In this document: piece by piece, positions 52,326-64,000 of the stretch
Layout: each line of letters opens with the position of its first letter
Position numbering within the stretch: position 1 is the stretch's first letter
NCBI RefSeq assembly: GCF_006345805.1
Contig: NW_021825323.1
Coordinates: 186,001 to 250,000, forward strand
From: Octopus sinensis
Lineage: Eukaryota
Direction: 5' to 3'
DNA: 64,000 bases
The notes under the pieces: model-generated
What the model was told of the DNA's origin: nothing
Seen by the model: only the letters and a program-made list of their open reading frames with translations
Databases searched by the model: none
Translations under genes and position numbers: made by a program

Positions 52326-53389
52326 ATATTACTGTTTTGATTTGTTATTCAAATAGTTTAATGTTGGTTATTCAAACATGATCTACTAGTCGACCGGAGT
52401 TGAACAGTTATGCTTTTTTCTGCTTATTTTTCTATTCTGCATCTGCTAAGTAGGGTCGTTCTTACAAGTCTCGAGGCCAAAAAAGAGAAAGAGGTTTTCA
52501 AAGTTTTTTAAAAGTGGGAGTTCACAGTCAGAAGTTTTTTTAAAAAGGGAGAGTTGCATTAAAGAAGATCCTGACTTTTTGATTTGAAAAGTTCGTTATT
52601 AACAAATTCTAATTAAATTGGCACGAACTTTCAAACTTTCGTAGAGATAAATCGCATATATTCCAAAAATGCTAGTTTGAAAGAGCAGCAACGTTTTCTG
52701 TCACACTCAGTAAAAAAAAGACATATAAAAATGATAAACCAATGTAAACTGGAAGTAAGCGTTTCACATAATAGATTCATTAATTATAATATAATGTTTT
52801 TAGAGAACATAACTTAACTTTGTCTGGCAATAATCAAGCATTCGTGGATATTACTGAAAAACTGATATCTTTTCCTAATTAATATAAACTACCACATCTA
52901 AATTGAAACTTTTAAACTCGTATTAGTCCACGTAATGCTTATGCATCATTACTGTACAAACTGAAATTCGTTTGTTTTTCCACGATTACAGACGCCTGTA
53001 CAGTGTTTGTACAGATTAGCCAAGTTCTCTGAACAAGGCTTTCTGCTTGTCTGACGGAAAGGTGCGCAGTTAATACAGAATAACTTCAATGCGACAATTC
53101 TTACGTCCACTTTTTCATTCATGTTCAAGATATCTCTTTTGATCCTAGTTTTTGGAAATTTTTCTCATCTTGAGGGGACTCCATCTAAGATTTGGATAAG
53201 ATACAAAAAAATTTTTGAGCCGGAATACACTTCAAATCCGAGAACTCCGTTACTCGTGATTATGAATAAAACACTGATGTTATGTTCACAATTACACTCC
53301 AAGATTGCCGTCTTCACTGAAAACGAACTCGCCGGACTTGCCCAGTTCATCCCCTCAGACGAATTTCTCAAATTGGAAAACGTGACCTA

Positions 53390-53700
53390 TTCCGATGCGC
53401 GTGACCTATTCAGCAGATGCTGCAGAGCAAAGAAAAATTGCCAAATACGCAAATCTTGGACAACGGTACCGCTTCGTACCTATCGCTGTGGAGACTTCTG
53501 GGGTAACCGGCCCTCTTACGACTTCTTTCATCAGAGAAGTCGGAGGAAAAGTTGCTAGGCGACGTGGGGAGCCTCGAGAAGTGTCATGGTTATTCCAACA
53601 AATTGGAATAGCTGTCGTTCGCGGCAATGCACACTCCATCATGCGTGCAACCGCAAATGCCTTTTAATCATTGATTAACTTATTTCATTAATTAGAAAAT
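53390..53700 (+). mobile_element. CRE-type endonuclease 3' end
   Basis: AAEQRKIAKY...FVPIAVETSG...WLFQQIGIAVVRGNAHSIM, followed by an A-rich tail. Confidence 0.85.
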
Positions 53701-53768
53701 ATTAAAAAAAAAAATTATTAAAATATATTAAACATCCACGCTTATATCTTGTTTCTCTGTTAAGTTAG

Positions 53769-54170
53769 TTGGAAAACAATATTTGGTTAAATTTTTCAAT
53801 TTACAAAAATTTGGAAAACAATATTTGGTTACAGAGACTTGCATATTTGGTTTCAATTTATGAAAAACTGAATAAATTTACATTATCACTACAAGGAAAA
53901 TATCAGACAGTTTTTATTTTGAATGAAAAAGTAATGGCCTTAAAACGGAAAATCGAATTTTGGCGATCATCTGTAGATAATAATATTGCATGCTTTGCCG
54001 TTTTACAAGAGTATCTCGAAGAATCAAAATCATCATTGGACAATACAGTTCTTCAGGACATCAAAGATCATTTGATGATTTTGGACGATAACATTGCGAA
54101 ATATTTTCCGGGTAAATTTGATGATTTACAAGGCGTCGATAGCATATATTCCTTGGGAAAGTCAAAATGA
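53769..54170 (+). mobile_element. hAT (ZBED5/Buster-like) transposase fragment
   Basis: WLQRLAYLVSIYEKLNKFTLSLQGK...ALKRKIEFW. Confidence 0.8.
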
Positions 54171-54179
54171 CGTCAACAG

Positions 54180-54365
54180 AAAACTTGTAAAAGTTGAGTT
54201 AAAAAACTGAGAAAATATGATGTCTTTGAAAATGAATTGTAGATGATACACCATGAGAGTGAAAAGGTTATTCCAATTGTTCTTACTTGGGATGATCTTG
54301 TAACATTTCACTTCCTGAAGTCATTAAACATAAGTAAAAAAGTAAAAAAAACTATGCTTAGAAAA
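54180..54365 (+). mobile_element. NeSL-like RLE C-terminus interrupted by the Ginger insertion (continues at 57256)
   Basis: KLRKYDVFENEL..VIPIVLTWDDLVT; continues as LRKILGSMLVY across the insertion. Confidence 0.65.
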
Positions 54366-54429
54366 TGTCACAGTCCAGACGTGCATCACGCCGGACGTGA
54401 GTCACTTGTTAAAAATTTATAGAAATAAA

Positions 54430-56721
54430 TCTTAATAATAAAATGGTATGGTGTGTGTCTGTCTGTCTGTCTGTCTGTCTGTGTGTCTGTCTGTCTGTCT
54501 GTGCACACCCACATTCAAATTGTTACAAACCAGATCAAATTGTCAAAACCTTCCCTTTTGTAGTTATTCGATAATGAGGCACAATAAAAGGTTGATATCC
54601 TCTAAGAACCTTCCTGTCAAAAAATTTTAATAAGAAAGAATATCCTTGATGATGAGGTCCCCCAAAACCTCAAGTCAATTTTCTGCGTTTTTGTTAAAAT
54701 GAACAACAAGAAAGTCCTCGACTCACATGATGTGGTCCCCCAAACCTTCAAGCCAAAAAATTAAAAAAAATTATTTTCCGCGTTTTTGTTAAAATGAACA
54801 ACAAGAAAGTCCCGACTCACATGATGTGGTCCCCCAAACCTTCAAGCCAAAAATTAAAAAAAATTATTTTCTGCGTTTTTGTTAAAATGAACAACAAGAA
54901 AGTCTCGACTCACATGATGTGGTCCCCCAAAACCTTCAAGCCAAAAAATTAAAAAAAATTATTTTCTGCGTTTTTGTAAAAATGAACAACAAGAAAGTCC
55001 TCGACTCACATGATGTGGTCCCCCAAAAACTTCAAGCCAAAAAATAAAAAAAATTATTTTCTGCGTTTTTGTTAAAATGAACAACAAGAAAGTCCTCGAC
55101 TCACATGATGTGGTCCCCCAAACCTTCAAGCAAAAAAATAAAAAAAATTATTTTCTGCGTTTTTGTAAAAATGAACAACAAGAAAGTCCTCGACTCACAT
55201 GATGTGGTCCCCCAAAACCTTCGAGCCAAAAAATTAAAAAAAATTATTTTCTGCGTTTTTGTTAAAATGAACAACAAGAAAGTCCTCGACTCACATGATG
55301 TGGTCCCCCAAAACCTTCAAGCCAAAAAATTAAAAAAAAATTATTTTCTGCGTTTTTGTTAAAATGAACAACAAGAAAGTCCTCGACTCACATGATGTGG
55401 TCCCCCAAAACCTTCAAGCTAAAAAATTAAAAAAATTATTTTCTGCGTTTTTGTTAAAATGACCAACAAGAAAGTCCTCGACTCACATGATGTGGTCCCC
55501 CAAAACCTTCAAGCCAAAAAATTAAAAAAACCTTCAAGTCAATTTTCTGCGTTTTTGTTAAAATGAACAACAAGAAAATCCTCGACTCACATGATGTGGT
55601 CCCCCAAAACCTTCAAGCCAAAAAATTAAAAAAAATTATTTTCTGCGTTTTTGTTAAAATGAACAACAAGAAAGTCCTCGACTCACATGATGTGGTCCCC
55701 CAAAACCTTCAAGCCAAAAAATTAAAAAAAATTATTTTCTGCGTTTTTGTTAAAATGACAACAAGAAAGTCCTCGACTCACATGATGTGGTCCCCCAAAA
55801 CCTTCAAGCCAAAAAATTAAAAAAAATTATTTTCTGCGTTTTTGTTAAAATGAACAAGAAAGTCCTCGACTCACATGATGTGGTCCCCCAAAACCTTCAA
55901 GCCAAAAATTAAAAAAAAAAATTATTTTCTGCGTTTTTGTTAAAATGAACAACAAGAAAGTCTCGACTCACATGATGTGGTCCCCCAAAACCTTCAAGCC
56001 AAAAAATTAAAAAAAATTATTTGAGAATGTTAACAAACAAGAGAATATGAACCATATAACAAAAAAGAGAAACGAGGGAAGATGTGCTTAAATGGTGAGG
56101 GAACTTAGACAACAGCTGAACAAGGTCAGGACTGCTGTTAGACTCAACTACGGGTAATAGAATTATGCATTCTAGGTTAATTGTTTGGGATGAATGTACG
56201 ATGGCTCATAAAGGCGCATTCAAGCAGTGACCGAACATATAGAGATATCAAGAATTGTAGCGACCATTTGTTTGGGGGGCATTAGTTGTATTGGCAGGTG
56301 ATTTTAGACAGACGCTGCCAATTATTCAAAGAGGGACGCCTGCGGATGAATTGAATGCCTGCCTCAAATCGTCATATTTGTGGACACACGTGAAAAAGGT
56401 AAGCTTAGATGTAAATGTACATGCACATTTACAAGGCGTTAATAGCATATTCCCACAAATCCTTCTAGATATGGAAATGGGGCAATCACTTCAGAAATGC
56501 ACGACCAGAAAATTAGGCTACCGGAAGAATTATGTATTTTCGTAGAAACAGCAGAAGAATTATTGAATGCCGTCTATTCCGAACTATCTGAACACTACGT
56601 GAATTTCGACTGGCTGCGTGAACGAGCTATATTAGCTCCACTTAATGATGAGGTACTTAATATAAATTTAGATTTATTAATGAAAATCCCTGGCAGAGAA
56701 AGAATATATAAATCGGTCGAC
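54430..56721 (+). mobile_element. Helitron: 5' TC end, (CTGT)n, 96-bp array and PIF1 helicase fragment
   Basis: A|TCTTAATAATAAAATGG start; helicase motifs LIVWDECTMAHK, LAGDFRQTLPII, WLRERAILAPLN and RIYKSVD at 56150-56720. Confidence 0.88.
54636..56022 (+). repeat. Tandem satellite, ~96-bp unit, ~14 full copies plus a partial one
   Basis: Unit GAAAGTCCTCGACTCACATGATGTGGTCCCCCAAAACCTTCAAGCCAAAAAATTAAAAAAAATTATTTTCTGCGTTTTTGTTAAAATGAACAACAA starts at 54710, 54805, 54898, 54993, 55088, 55182, 55278, 55375, 55470, 55574, 55670, 55765, 55858 and 55956. Confidence 0.98.
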
Positions 56722-57589
56722 TTCCTCCATCATATTGTTTTTGAACTCCTTTCCATTATCTGTTTGCAAGATTAATGGAGCTCCAATCATCATAAAAATG
56801 TTTTCAATAATAGGCACTATTTCTGTGCCGCATTTGTTTTCGCAAGTTCTACAACCCCATATTTTGAAAAAGAGTCAATTGAAACGAGAATCTGGATAAA
56901 TCGTAATAAATACCTTTTACTCTTTGACTTTTTTATTCTTTTGGTATATGTAGGCTATATTTTCCTCAATAAGTATTCGGTTAGCAATCCTACGTAATCT
57001 AAACGTTCTCTTCTACTGATTCCGTCATCAAATGATCCAAATTGTTTAAAAGTTTTTATTTTCAATAAATCCTCTTGTGATAGTGTAATTAGAAACATTT
57101 GATAACGTGCAAAATTTAAAATAAAATACAATAATATATAATATTAATTAAGAAATTGTGATTTTTGAATGATTTTATTATATAGAAAATATAAAAATAT
57201 CCAAAATCTGAACAAGTGACTCACGTCCGGCGTGACTCACGTCTGGACTGTGACAGAAAATCTTAGGGAGTATGCTTGTCTACCGTATAAAAGAGTCATC
57301 CCATGTTGCACATCTCATAAATCTCCAATAAAATTAATGAAATTTGTCAAAATTCCGTAAATATTGAAACCTTCACAACCTCGAAAACTTCAGCCACGGT
57401 CACTGATGACCTGAGAGAGCTAGTGCAAAGAGGCTAGTTAATTGTCGGCCACAGTCGTGAACAACAATCAAGAGCTAATTGAATCTTATCAATATACAGA
57501 AGAAAACGTTATTTAGCAAAATGTAATGAAAAATATCTATTTTAACGGTTATTTATTTTTATTATTTTATAAAGAAATTAATTAATAAT

Positions 57590-58528
57590 AATGTTGTTGA
57601 CAATAATTAGACAGTATAGTAGAGTTATTCCACCCTTAATCTCTCCATTATGGCTGCATAAAAATAGAATTATTGAAAATAATATTGTCATTTTGGAAGC
57701 TAAACTCTCTTCGATGCAACCAGTTTTCATTTAAATAAGCAATTAAACAGGATTTCTTAACTCCCACTATTGATGGGTCGCTTTCTTTGACATTGACGAA
57801 TGTTGTGATACAACTTCTTCTTATCCTCATATGCTTCCTCCTTGTTCTCAATTCGAAGAATATGTCTCTAACCTCGGAATAACAAATAGCTCACATGTTG
57901 TTGTTTACGACAATTGGCCACAAATTGGCATCTTTCCTCACCCCGCCTTTGGTGGATGTTTCATGTATTTGGTCACAAGAACGTGTCAGTTCTCGATGGA
58001 GGGCTTCCCGGCTGGCAATCTGAAGGTTACGATGTTACTTATCGTCAAAATTCTCCAAATGTAAATTCGAATTTTCGAGCAAATTTCAATTCCGATTTGG
58101 TCAAGAATTTCAAACAAATTCAATGCAACGTCAAGTCTGGTTTAGCCACATTAGTAGACGCTCGTTCCGCTGACAGATTTAACGGACTTTCTCCTGAGCC
58201 ACGCGCTGGTTCTTCTATTTTTAGTATTAATGAGTACCTATAGGGAGAATACCTAATTCACTAAATGTCCCGTTTTTCGATTTGCTTAATCCTTCCACTA
58301 AATATTTTGTCAGTAATTCTGAAATTCTGGCAATATTTTGGAAAGCTGGGGTTGATTTGTCAGCTCCGGTTTGGTCTACGTGTGGTTCTGGTTGTCTATA
58401 TGTGCAGTAGTTTTGCAGGTGTGACTGCCTCGATTCTGTCCTTCGCATCTTACATTTGTGGGTTTGATATCTTGCCAGTATATGACGGCTCATGGACAGA
58501 GTGGAGTAATAACCTGGATAATTCTTAG
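57590..58528 (+). pseudogene. MPST: MPST copy 2, frameshifted
   Basis: Single-T losses at ~57785 and ~57932 and loss of the AG acceptor at ~58230 relative to copy 1; consensus errors cannot be excluded. Confidence 0.7.
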
Positions 58529-59679
58529 CAATAATGACATTTTTATATAGTTACCCACTAATTTTATTAGAATGAGTTTTACTAATTGTTTCATTTTCGA
58601 ATTGAATTTTAGACAGGCTTTTTCCTAGAGAAAGCTGTATGAACTTTGTCAATTGATTAAGATCTTTAACATGATTATTTTCTTAATGGACCTTTAACAA
58701 ACAAACAAACTTCAACTTTTTAAATTGAATTTATTTATTTCATTTAATATGGAATAAATCGAGGCTCGAATTACTTTGCAACAAGCAACTATGTAGGCTA
58801 AAGTTAAAAAAACTAAACAAATATTATCTGATGTTTATTAAAGATCTTATGCTTTGAGTGCAGTTCTTTAAATCTGTTTAAACACATATCCTATACAATT
58901 TAATAAGAAAAACCTTTGTAAGATAGAACTAAAACTTTAAATTCAATGATATCTATGTCTCTGAAAAAGTTATTTCGGCAATGATATCTATGTCTCTAAA
59001 AAAAGTTATTTTTGTCAATCGGTAATGTGGATCAAAAGATTAAAAAAGCTCTAGTACCTAACATAATATACAGTCTGTTCAAAAAAAACGTGACCACTTG
59101 AAAATGTGTGTTTTTTTAATTTTTATTGATTATTATGTAAAATTTCCAAGGAATACCGAATTTAAAACCTTTCAAGTAATTATTAAAAAAGTGTAACAAA
59201 AATAAGTGGTCACGTTTTTTTTGAACAAAAATTTTTTTTAATACTTGGTTAGTATGGGAATATAGCCGATCATGAAATAATAAATAATGAATCATGTAGA
59301 TTAAACGATTTTAAATTTAGTATTCTTTGAAAATTTTAAAAATAAGATACAAAAATTAAGACATATTTTTCAAGTGGTCACGTTTTTTTGAACAGACTGT
59401 ATGTGAGTTTTTTATTAGTAAAAAAATAGGAATCAATCTGATTTACAGGAAGCTCATTGTCAAATACCGAAGAATATATAGAAGAATGACTAATGTTACA
59501 ATAAAATTTTGTTTATGTCAATAAAAAGACATATGAACGATACTTAGAAAACAATAACGTCAATTTGAAATAGTGCAAATCGTTGTGTTCATTTTCGTAC
59601 GTTAGTTAGGTTAATGAAGGGTGAAATTGTGATATTTTGTGTAAAAGTTGAATAAATAGAATATCTAAACTTTCAGTTA

Positions 59680-60147
59680 ATGAACAAACCATCAAGTAAG
59701 ACATATTGTCAAATTCATGATAGAATCACTTATCCAATACAGAAATGATTTATTTTCGGCTTCTATATCAGGAGATAAAACTCAATTAATACGATTACTA
59801 GACCAAGATTGCTATAATATTGACTTTCAAGACTATGAATGTTCAAACATGACAGTATTACATTGGGCCTCATTATATGGTTGACAGTTCATTTTATTTA
59901 ATCTGGTAGATCGAGTAGATATAGTTGAAATACTTTTAAGTCAAAATGCAGACTGGAGAATTAAAAGTGAAACTGGATGGACCGCAGCTCATTTTGCTGC
60001 TTCCGTGGGGTCAATACGGATTCTTCGTCGACTTAAAAATTGTGGGGATTTTTTTCTACATGCGACCATTATGGTAAAACTCCTTTAGACATAGCAAAAA
60101 TATACGGACAACGTGAAACCGTTGGTTTCCTTCAATCAACTACATAA
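59680..60147 (+). pseudogene. ANKRD66: ANKRD66-like copy 2, -1 frameshift near 60050
   Basis: GATTTTCTTTCTACA in copy 1 versus GATTTTTTTCTACA in copy 2. Confidence 0.6.
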
Positions 60148-63100
60148 AACGATACTTATCAACTAGCTGTAATTATTTTCATACTCATTTTTTATGTTAA
60201 AGTGATAATGCTAGATCTTTATTTTTTTAGAAAAATTGCTTTGTAGTTATTTATTATAAAATATTCTTAAAAATCAATAAAACTCTTTTTCATTCTTTGA
60301 GCATATTAACAGTCTTACAACTAAACTATCAGGAAGATTAAATTTTGTAAAGGCCTTTCTTGATTCATGCACGAGAATACAAAGTGAATACGAAGTTTAC
60401 TGAATGGCTTATAAAGTCAACTCTTCTTGAAACGCTTGTGAGGACGACTGGATCCATGTTCCATGTTAAATATGCTGGCAAAACCCCAGACCCTTGGATC
60501 CTCGACCAATCAAAAGATACGTCGGATCCCTGGCTAAACGCAAAAGAAGATACAGTGAATACCCCCAAATTCGCCATTCTTAAATTCGCCAATTCTTAGA
60601 TTCGCCTTTTTTTAAAAAAAATTCTAGTTTCAATGGAAATTCGCCATAATTTTTTAAAATTTTTAAATAAAAAATACAAAAATATGGATAAATAATACAT
60701 TTTTAAAAAGTTCTTGTTCAAGTTTGAAAAAAGACATGAATTCCGTCTGAGAAAATTGCACGGGCAGATAAAAATTATGTTCTTTCCTAAAAATGCAACA
60801 AGAATAATTCAACCAATGGACTTGGGAATTATCAAAACATTTAAAGTGCACTTTAATAGGCACCAATTATTTTATCTCCCTAAAATTTTGGAAACTGACA
60901 AAGTTTCGGTTAATGAATCCTAGAAACATTTAAATCCTAAGGACACTGTTTTTTTATAAAAATGGTTTGGGAAAACGTATGCTCAAAAACTATTGAAAAT
61001 TACTTCAAAAAACTGAAAAATAGATTTTGATGAAAAATTTACAGATAAAAATTTAATTGATGAATTGATAATTAAAACAGATATTTATAATCCTATTCAA
61101 ATTGAAAAATTCATTTCTATAAATTATTTAGAAAAAAATGCAATTAGCGAAGAAAGTAATTTCGATAATGAAGATCCTGAAGAACAATCTGCAGATAAAA
61201 ATTTCATCTCACTAGAAATGAGATTGGTGTAAAATTAAAAGAAATTGAGAAGTCACTAATCGAAATTGTCGAAAACGAAGATGTGCGTCTATACCATTTT
61301 TGCAGATGACATTTGAAGTTTGTAATTGTTAAATTGACTTGAAAATGGTATAGTTACTTCAATTCGAAGATTTGAGGAAAAAAATCAAAATACAAAGAGA
61401 CAACAAACAGGACTGGAATATTACTTTGATAAAAAAGCATAATTCTTTGTTAAAATAAAATTAATTTTTTCAATTACGTCAATTTTGGCTGTTTTCGAAT
61501 TATTAAACATTTCTACTCACATTCAAAAATTATTGATTATATTCTGAAATTCGCCATTTCTCAAATTCGCCGCAAAAAATGACGGAACCAAAAATGGCGA
61601 ATTTGGGAGTATTCACTGTACGTAGATTGATTTTGAATGTCGGGATCACCTAATAATTTTTCTGGCCTTAATGGTGTTTTTTTGTTTAAATAAATAATAT
61701 AAACTGTTACTGACGAAGGCTCAAATCGGCTAATTTTTAATAAAAATTACTTTTTTTAAAGTTGCAGTGGATTTTTTTTCTAACGAAAATTATTTTAAAT
61801 TTTTAATGGATTTTTTTGGTTCATGCACGGGAATTTGTTAAATAAAAATAACGAAAATTTGAATTTATTTTTACACATAAAATCAGTTATTGAAAGTTTT
61901 TTCCTTTTATATCTTGCATTACATTTCGTAGTTTACACATAATTGGTATATTTGAAGGTGAATTTTGTAGAATAAATTTTTCCATAGTTTCGATTGCACA
62001 AATTGCGTCACAGAAACCAATTTTTTCTATATCTTCATCATTTTTATTCTCTTGATCCTTATCTTCATAGGTTTCAATTGTTCCCAAAAATTCTTCATCA
62101 TTGTTGTTGCAAATTTTCTGAGTACAATTTTCATTATCATCTGAAACCGGAGAGTCCTCCTTAATTGTAGGATCATCTGAAGTGTCTTGCTTTGTCCAAT
62201 GTTTAATTTTTTCAAAGCAAACCTTTCCCAATGCTCTTACTTCGGATTGTAGTGTCTACGTCTTATGATGCGGTTTCGTCACAATTTAACTTTGAGGTCA
62301 TAAGATGACATTTTCGATAAAACTTCTGCATGGCTTCACACAAAAATACAGGATTGATTAATTGCTCATTTCCTGATATACTACGAGATTTTATTCCATA
62401 TTTATTCTTAAAAGAAGTAATCCATGTACTTAAAGCTTTAAAATTCGAAAATGAAATTTTTTTTGCAATTTTATTGTCATTTATTGTAGCATTCCATTTG
62501 TAATGGTATCGCCGAATAATCCTTTATTCTAAATCCATTCATAAAGTGGCATATGAATTAAGGAAAACTTTGAGGAATTTTGTTAGAATTCTTATTTTCA
62601 AAATAGAATTCATGGCTTAGGTTTTTGTTTATTGTTCCTATTGGCATGTTGATACTTTACTCAATTGAGACTGTGTATTATTTAAAAAATTTTTTATAGT
62701 TAAAAACTTCAAGATTTCTTTGAAAACTATATGTTTTCAAATATTTTTTGCGTTATTCTTGCGTGCACACATGAGTCAAAATTCAAAAAATTGTTTCCAT
62801 TAAATATTGATTTTCTTGGGATTTTATGTAATCTATAGAAAAATTTTCTTTAATCCAAATTAACGAAAATTATAACCAAAGAGAACATCTTCAGCAATAC
62901 AGAACTCATCCTTGAATTCTGAGACTATACGCTTGACTTTCTAAGCAACAAACACTTGGGCTCTGCAATACTCAAAATATTATATATACCGCGCTAAATT
63001 ATTTTATTTATATTAATTTATTATCAATTTATGGGTAACATTAAAAAAAATTTTAATGCAATTTAAATCACCATTAAAAAATAAATAGCATTTAAAATAC

Positions 63101-63229
63101 AAAATAGCATTTATAGTTGGAATCCGTATGTGATGAGATGGCCATGACGGCGTCACTTGTCAAACCCAATCAAAGGTTCTGGCACAGGCAGCCGCATGGA
63201 GTCGAACCCGGGACCAAATAGGTTCTAAT

Positions 63230-64000
63230 ATGTTATCAGTTTTTGGAAATTTTTGTAATTGAACATATCTATTTATGTGTTCATAGGATGTCCTCTGCGT
63301 ACATTCCTATTTAAAATCTATTTTACCAAGGAAGAGTCTGCTAAATCAGTTGTATGAAAAATCCAAAATTATTTTGGGTTGTATCGAAAGCGTAAGCATT
63401 GACGCTTCAAGCATTAACGTTTTCCAAAAATCGAAAGAAAAAAATGAAAATTTTGTGGAAAATGATTCGCATCTGTACAAACTGAAAATTTTTATTAAAA
63501 GTAAATTTATTATCTTATACTTAATTTTACTTGGAAACTATTTGTTTAAATAAAGGTGCGAATTTTTTGTTATTCGATGTCTTCTGTTCGTTTTGGTTGC
63601 TATTTATTAGAAAAAATTATTTATAGTTCAAATTGTTTTAATTGACAGCTTTGCGCCAATAACAATGGAAGATATATTTGAAATCAAATTGTCATTAGAG
63701 AATGTTATCATATTACTGAGTCAAGTTGACTTACTTAGCCACACACCTTTTATTGGTTTAATCAGAGTCAGTAGACCGCCTGAGGAAATAATACTTTATC
63801 ATTTATTAGGTGGTAGTTCCGATTCAAGATTTGAGCAACAAGCCCCAAATTATTATGAAACAATTGGAAAATTTCTTTGAAAGTTTTTGGAAGCCTTCTG
63901 AGCGAGTAGAATCAGTGATTTCTGTCTTGTCTGAAAATTTTTCAGAGAGTGTTAATTTGGTCAATAACTTTATGACGCGCTACTCTAAAGTTATATTTAG
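63230..64000 (+). CDS. M1AP: M1AP copy 2, 5' part only (cut by the window end; small indels versus copy 1)
   Basis: Colinear with 50575-51343. Confidence 0.65.

Larger units (their letters stand above)
54366..57255 (-). mobile_element. Composite Ginger-like element with both 45-bp TIRs, carrying Helitron and satellite cargo
   Basis: TIRs at 54366-54410 and 57211-57255 (2 mismatches); flanking GAAAA on both sides; integrase N-terminal part at 56722-57100. Confidence 0.85.
56722..63997 (+). repeat. Segmental duplication, copy 2 (runs to the window end)
   Basis: Colinear with 43237-51343. Confidence 0.98.

Noticed and set aside
53121-53558. 145-aa plus-strand ORF as a secreted protein
   Set aside because: It crosses a junction between an unidentified fragment (possibly IS630/Tc1-like on the minus strand) and a CRE 3' end read in another frame, so it is probably chimeric and spurious.
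55105-55820. Repetitive ORFs (MNNKKVLDSHDVVPQNLQAKK...)
   Set aside because: These are a by-product of a 96-bp (multiple of 3) satellite; frames break at homopolymer indels.
54636-56022. CRISPR array
   Set aside because: The units are head-to-tail ~96-bp repeats with no unique spacers, there are no cas genes, and the context is eukaryotic.

Overview
This is AT-rich eukaryotic (animal) nuclear DNA, not prokaryotic. Host genes are broken by very short GT-AG introns (24-32 nt wherever measured), so the ORF track shows only fragments. Manual splicing recovers a macroH2A-like histone fold, FAK/PTK2, an orphan 934-aa ORF, an SLC6 transporter, PRIM2, a YPEL, an ADAM17-like protease, LTN1, MPST, an ANKRD66-like protein and the meiotic gene M1AP. 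Between them lies a dense set of nested transposon relics: Helitrons, pogo/Tigger, Tc1 MITEs, hAT, Ginger-like TIR integrase elements, and NeSL/R2-like, CRE, RTE and APE-type non-LTR elements. The segment ~43237-51343 is duplicated at ~56722-63997, with the copies separated by a composite Ginger/Helitron element containing a 96-bp satellite. The micro-introns suggest a genome-reduced animal parasite (dicyemid, orthonectid or myxozoan-like); the taxon is an inference. Protein assignments rest on motif recognition from memory, not database searches, and multi-exon gene ends are approximate.
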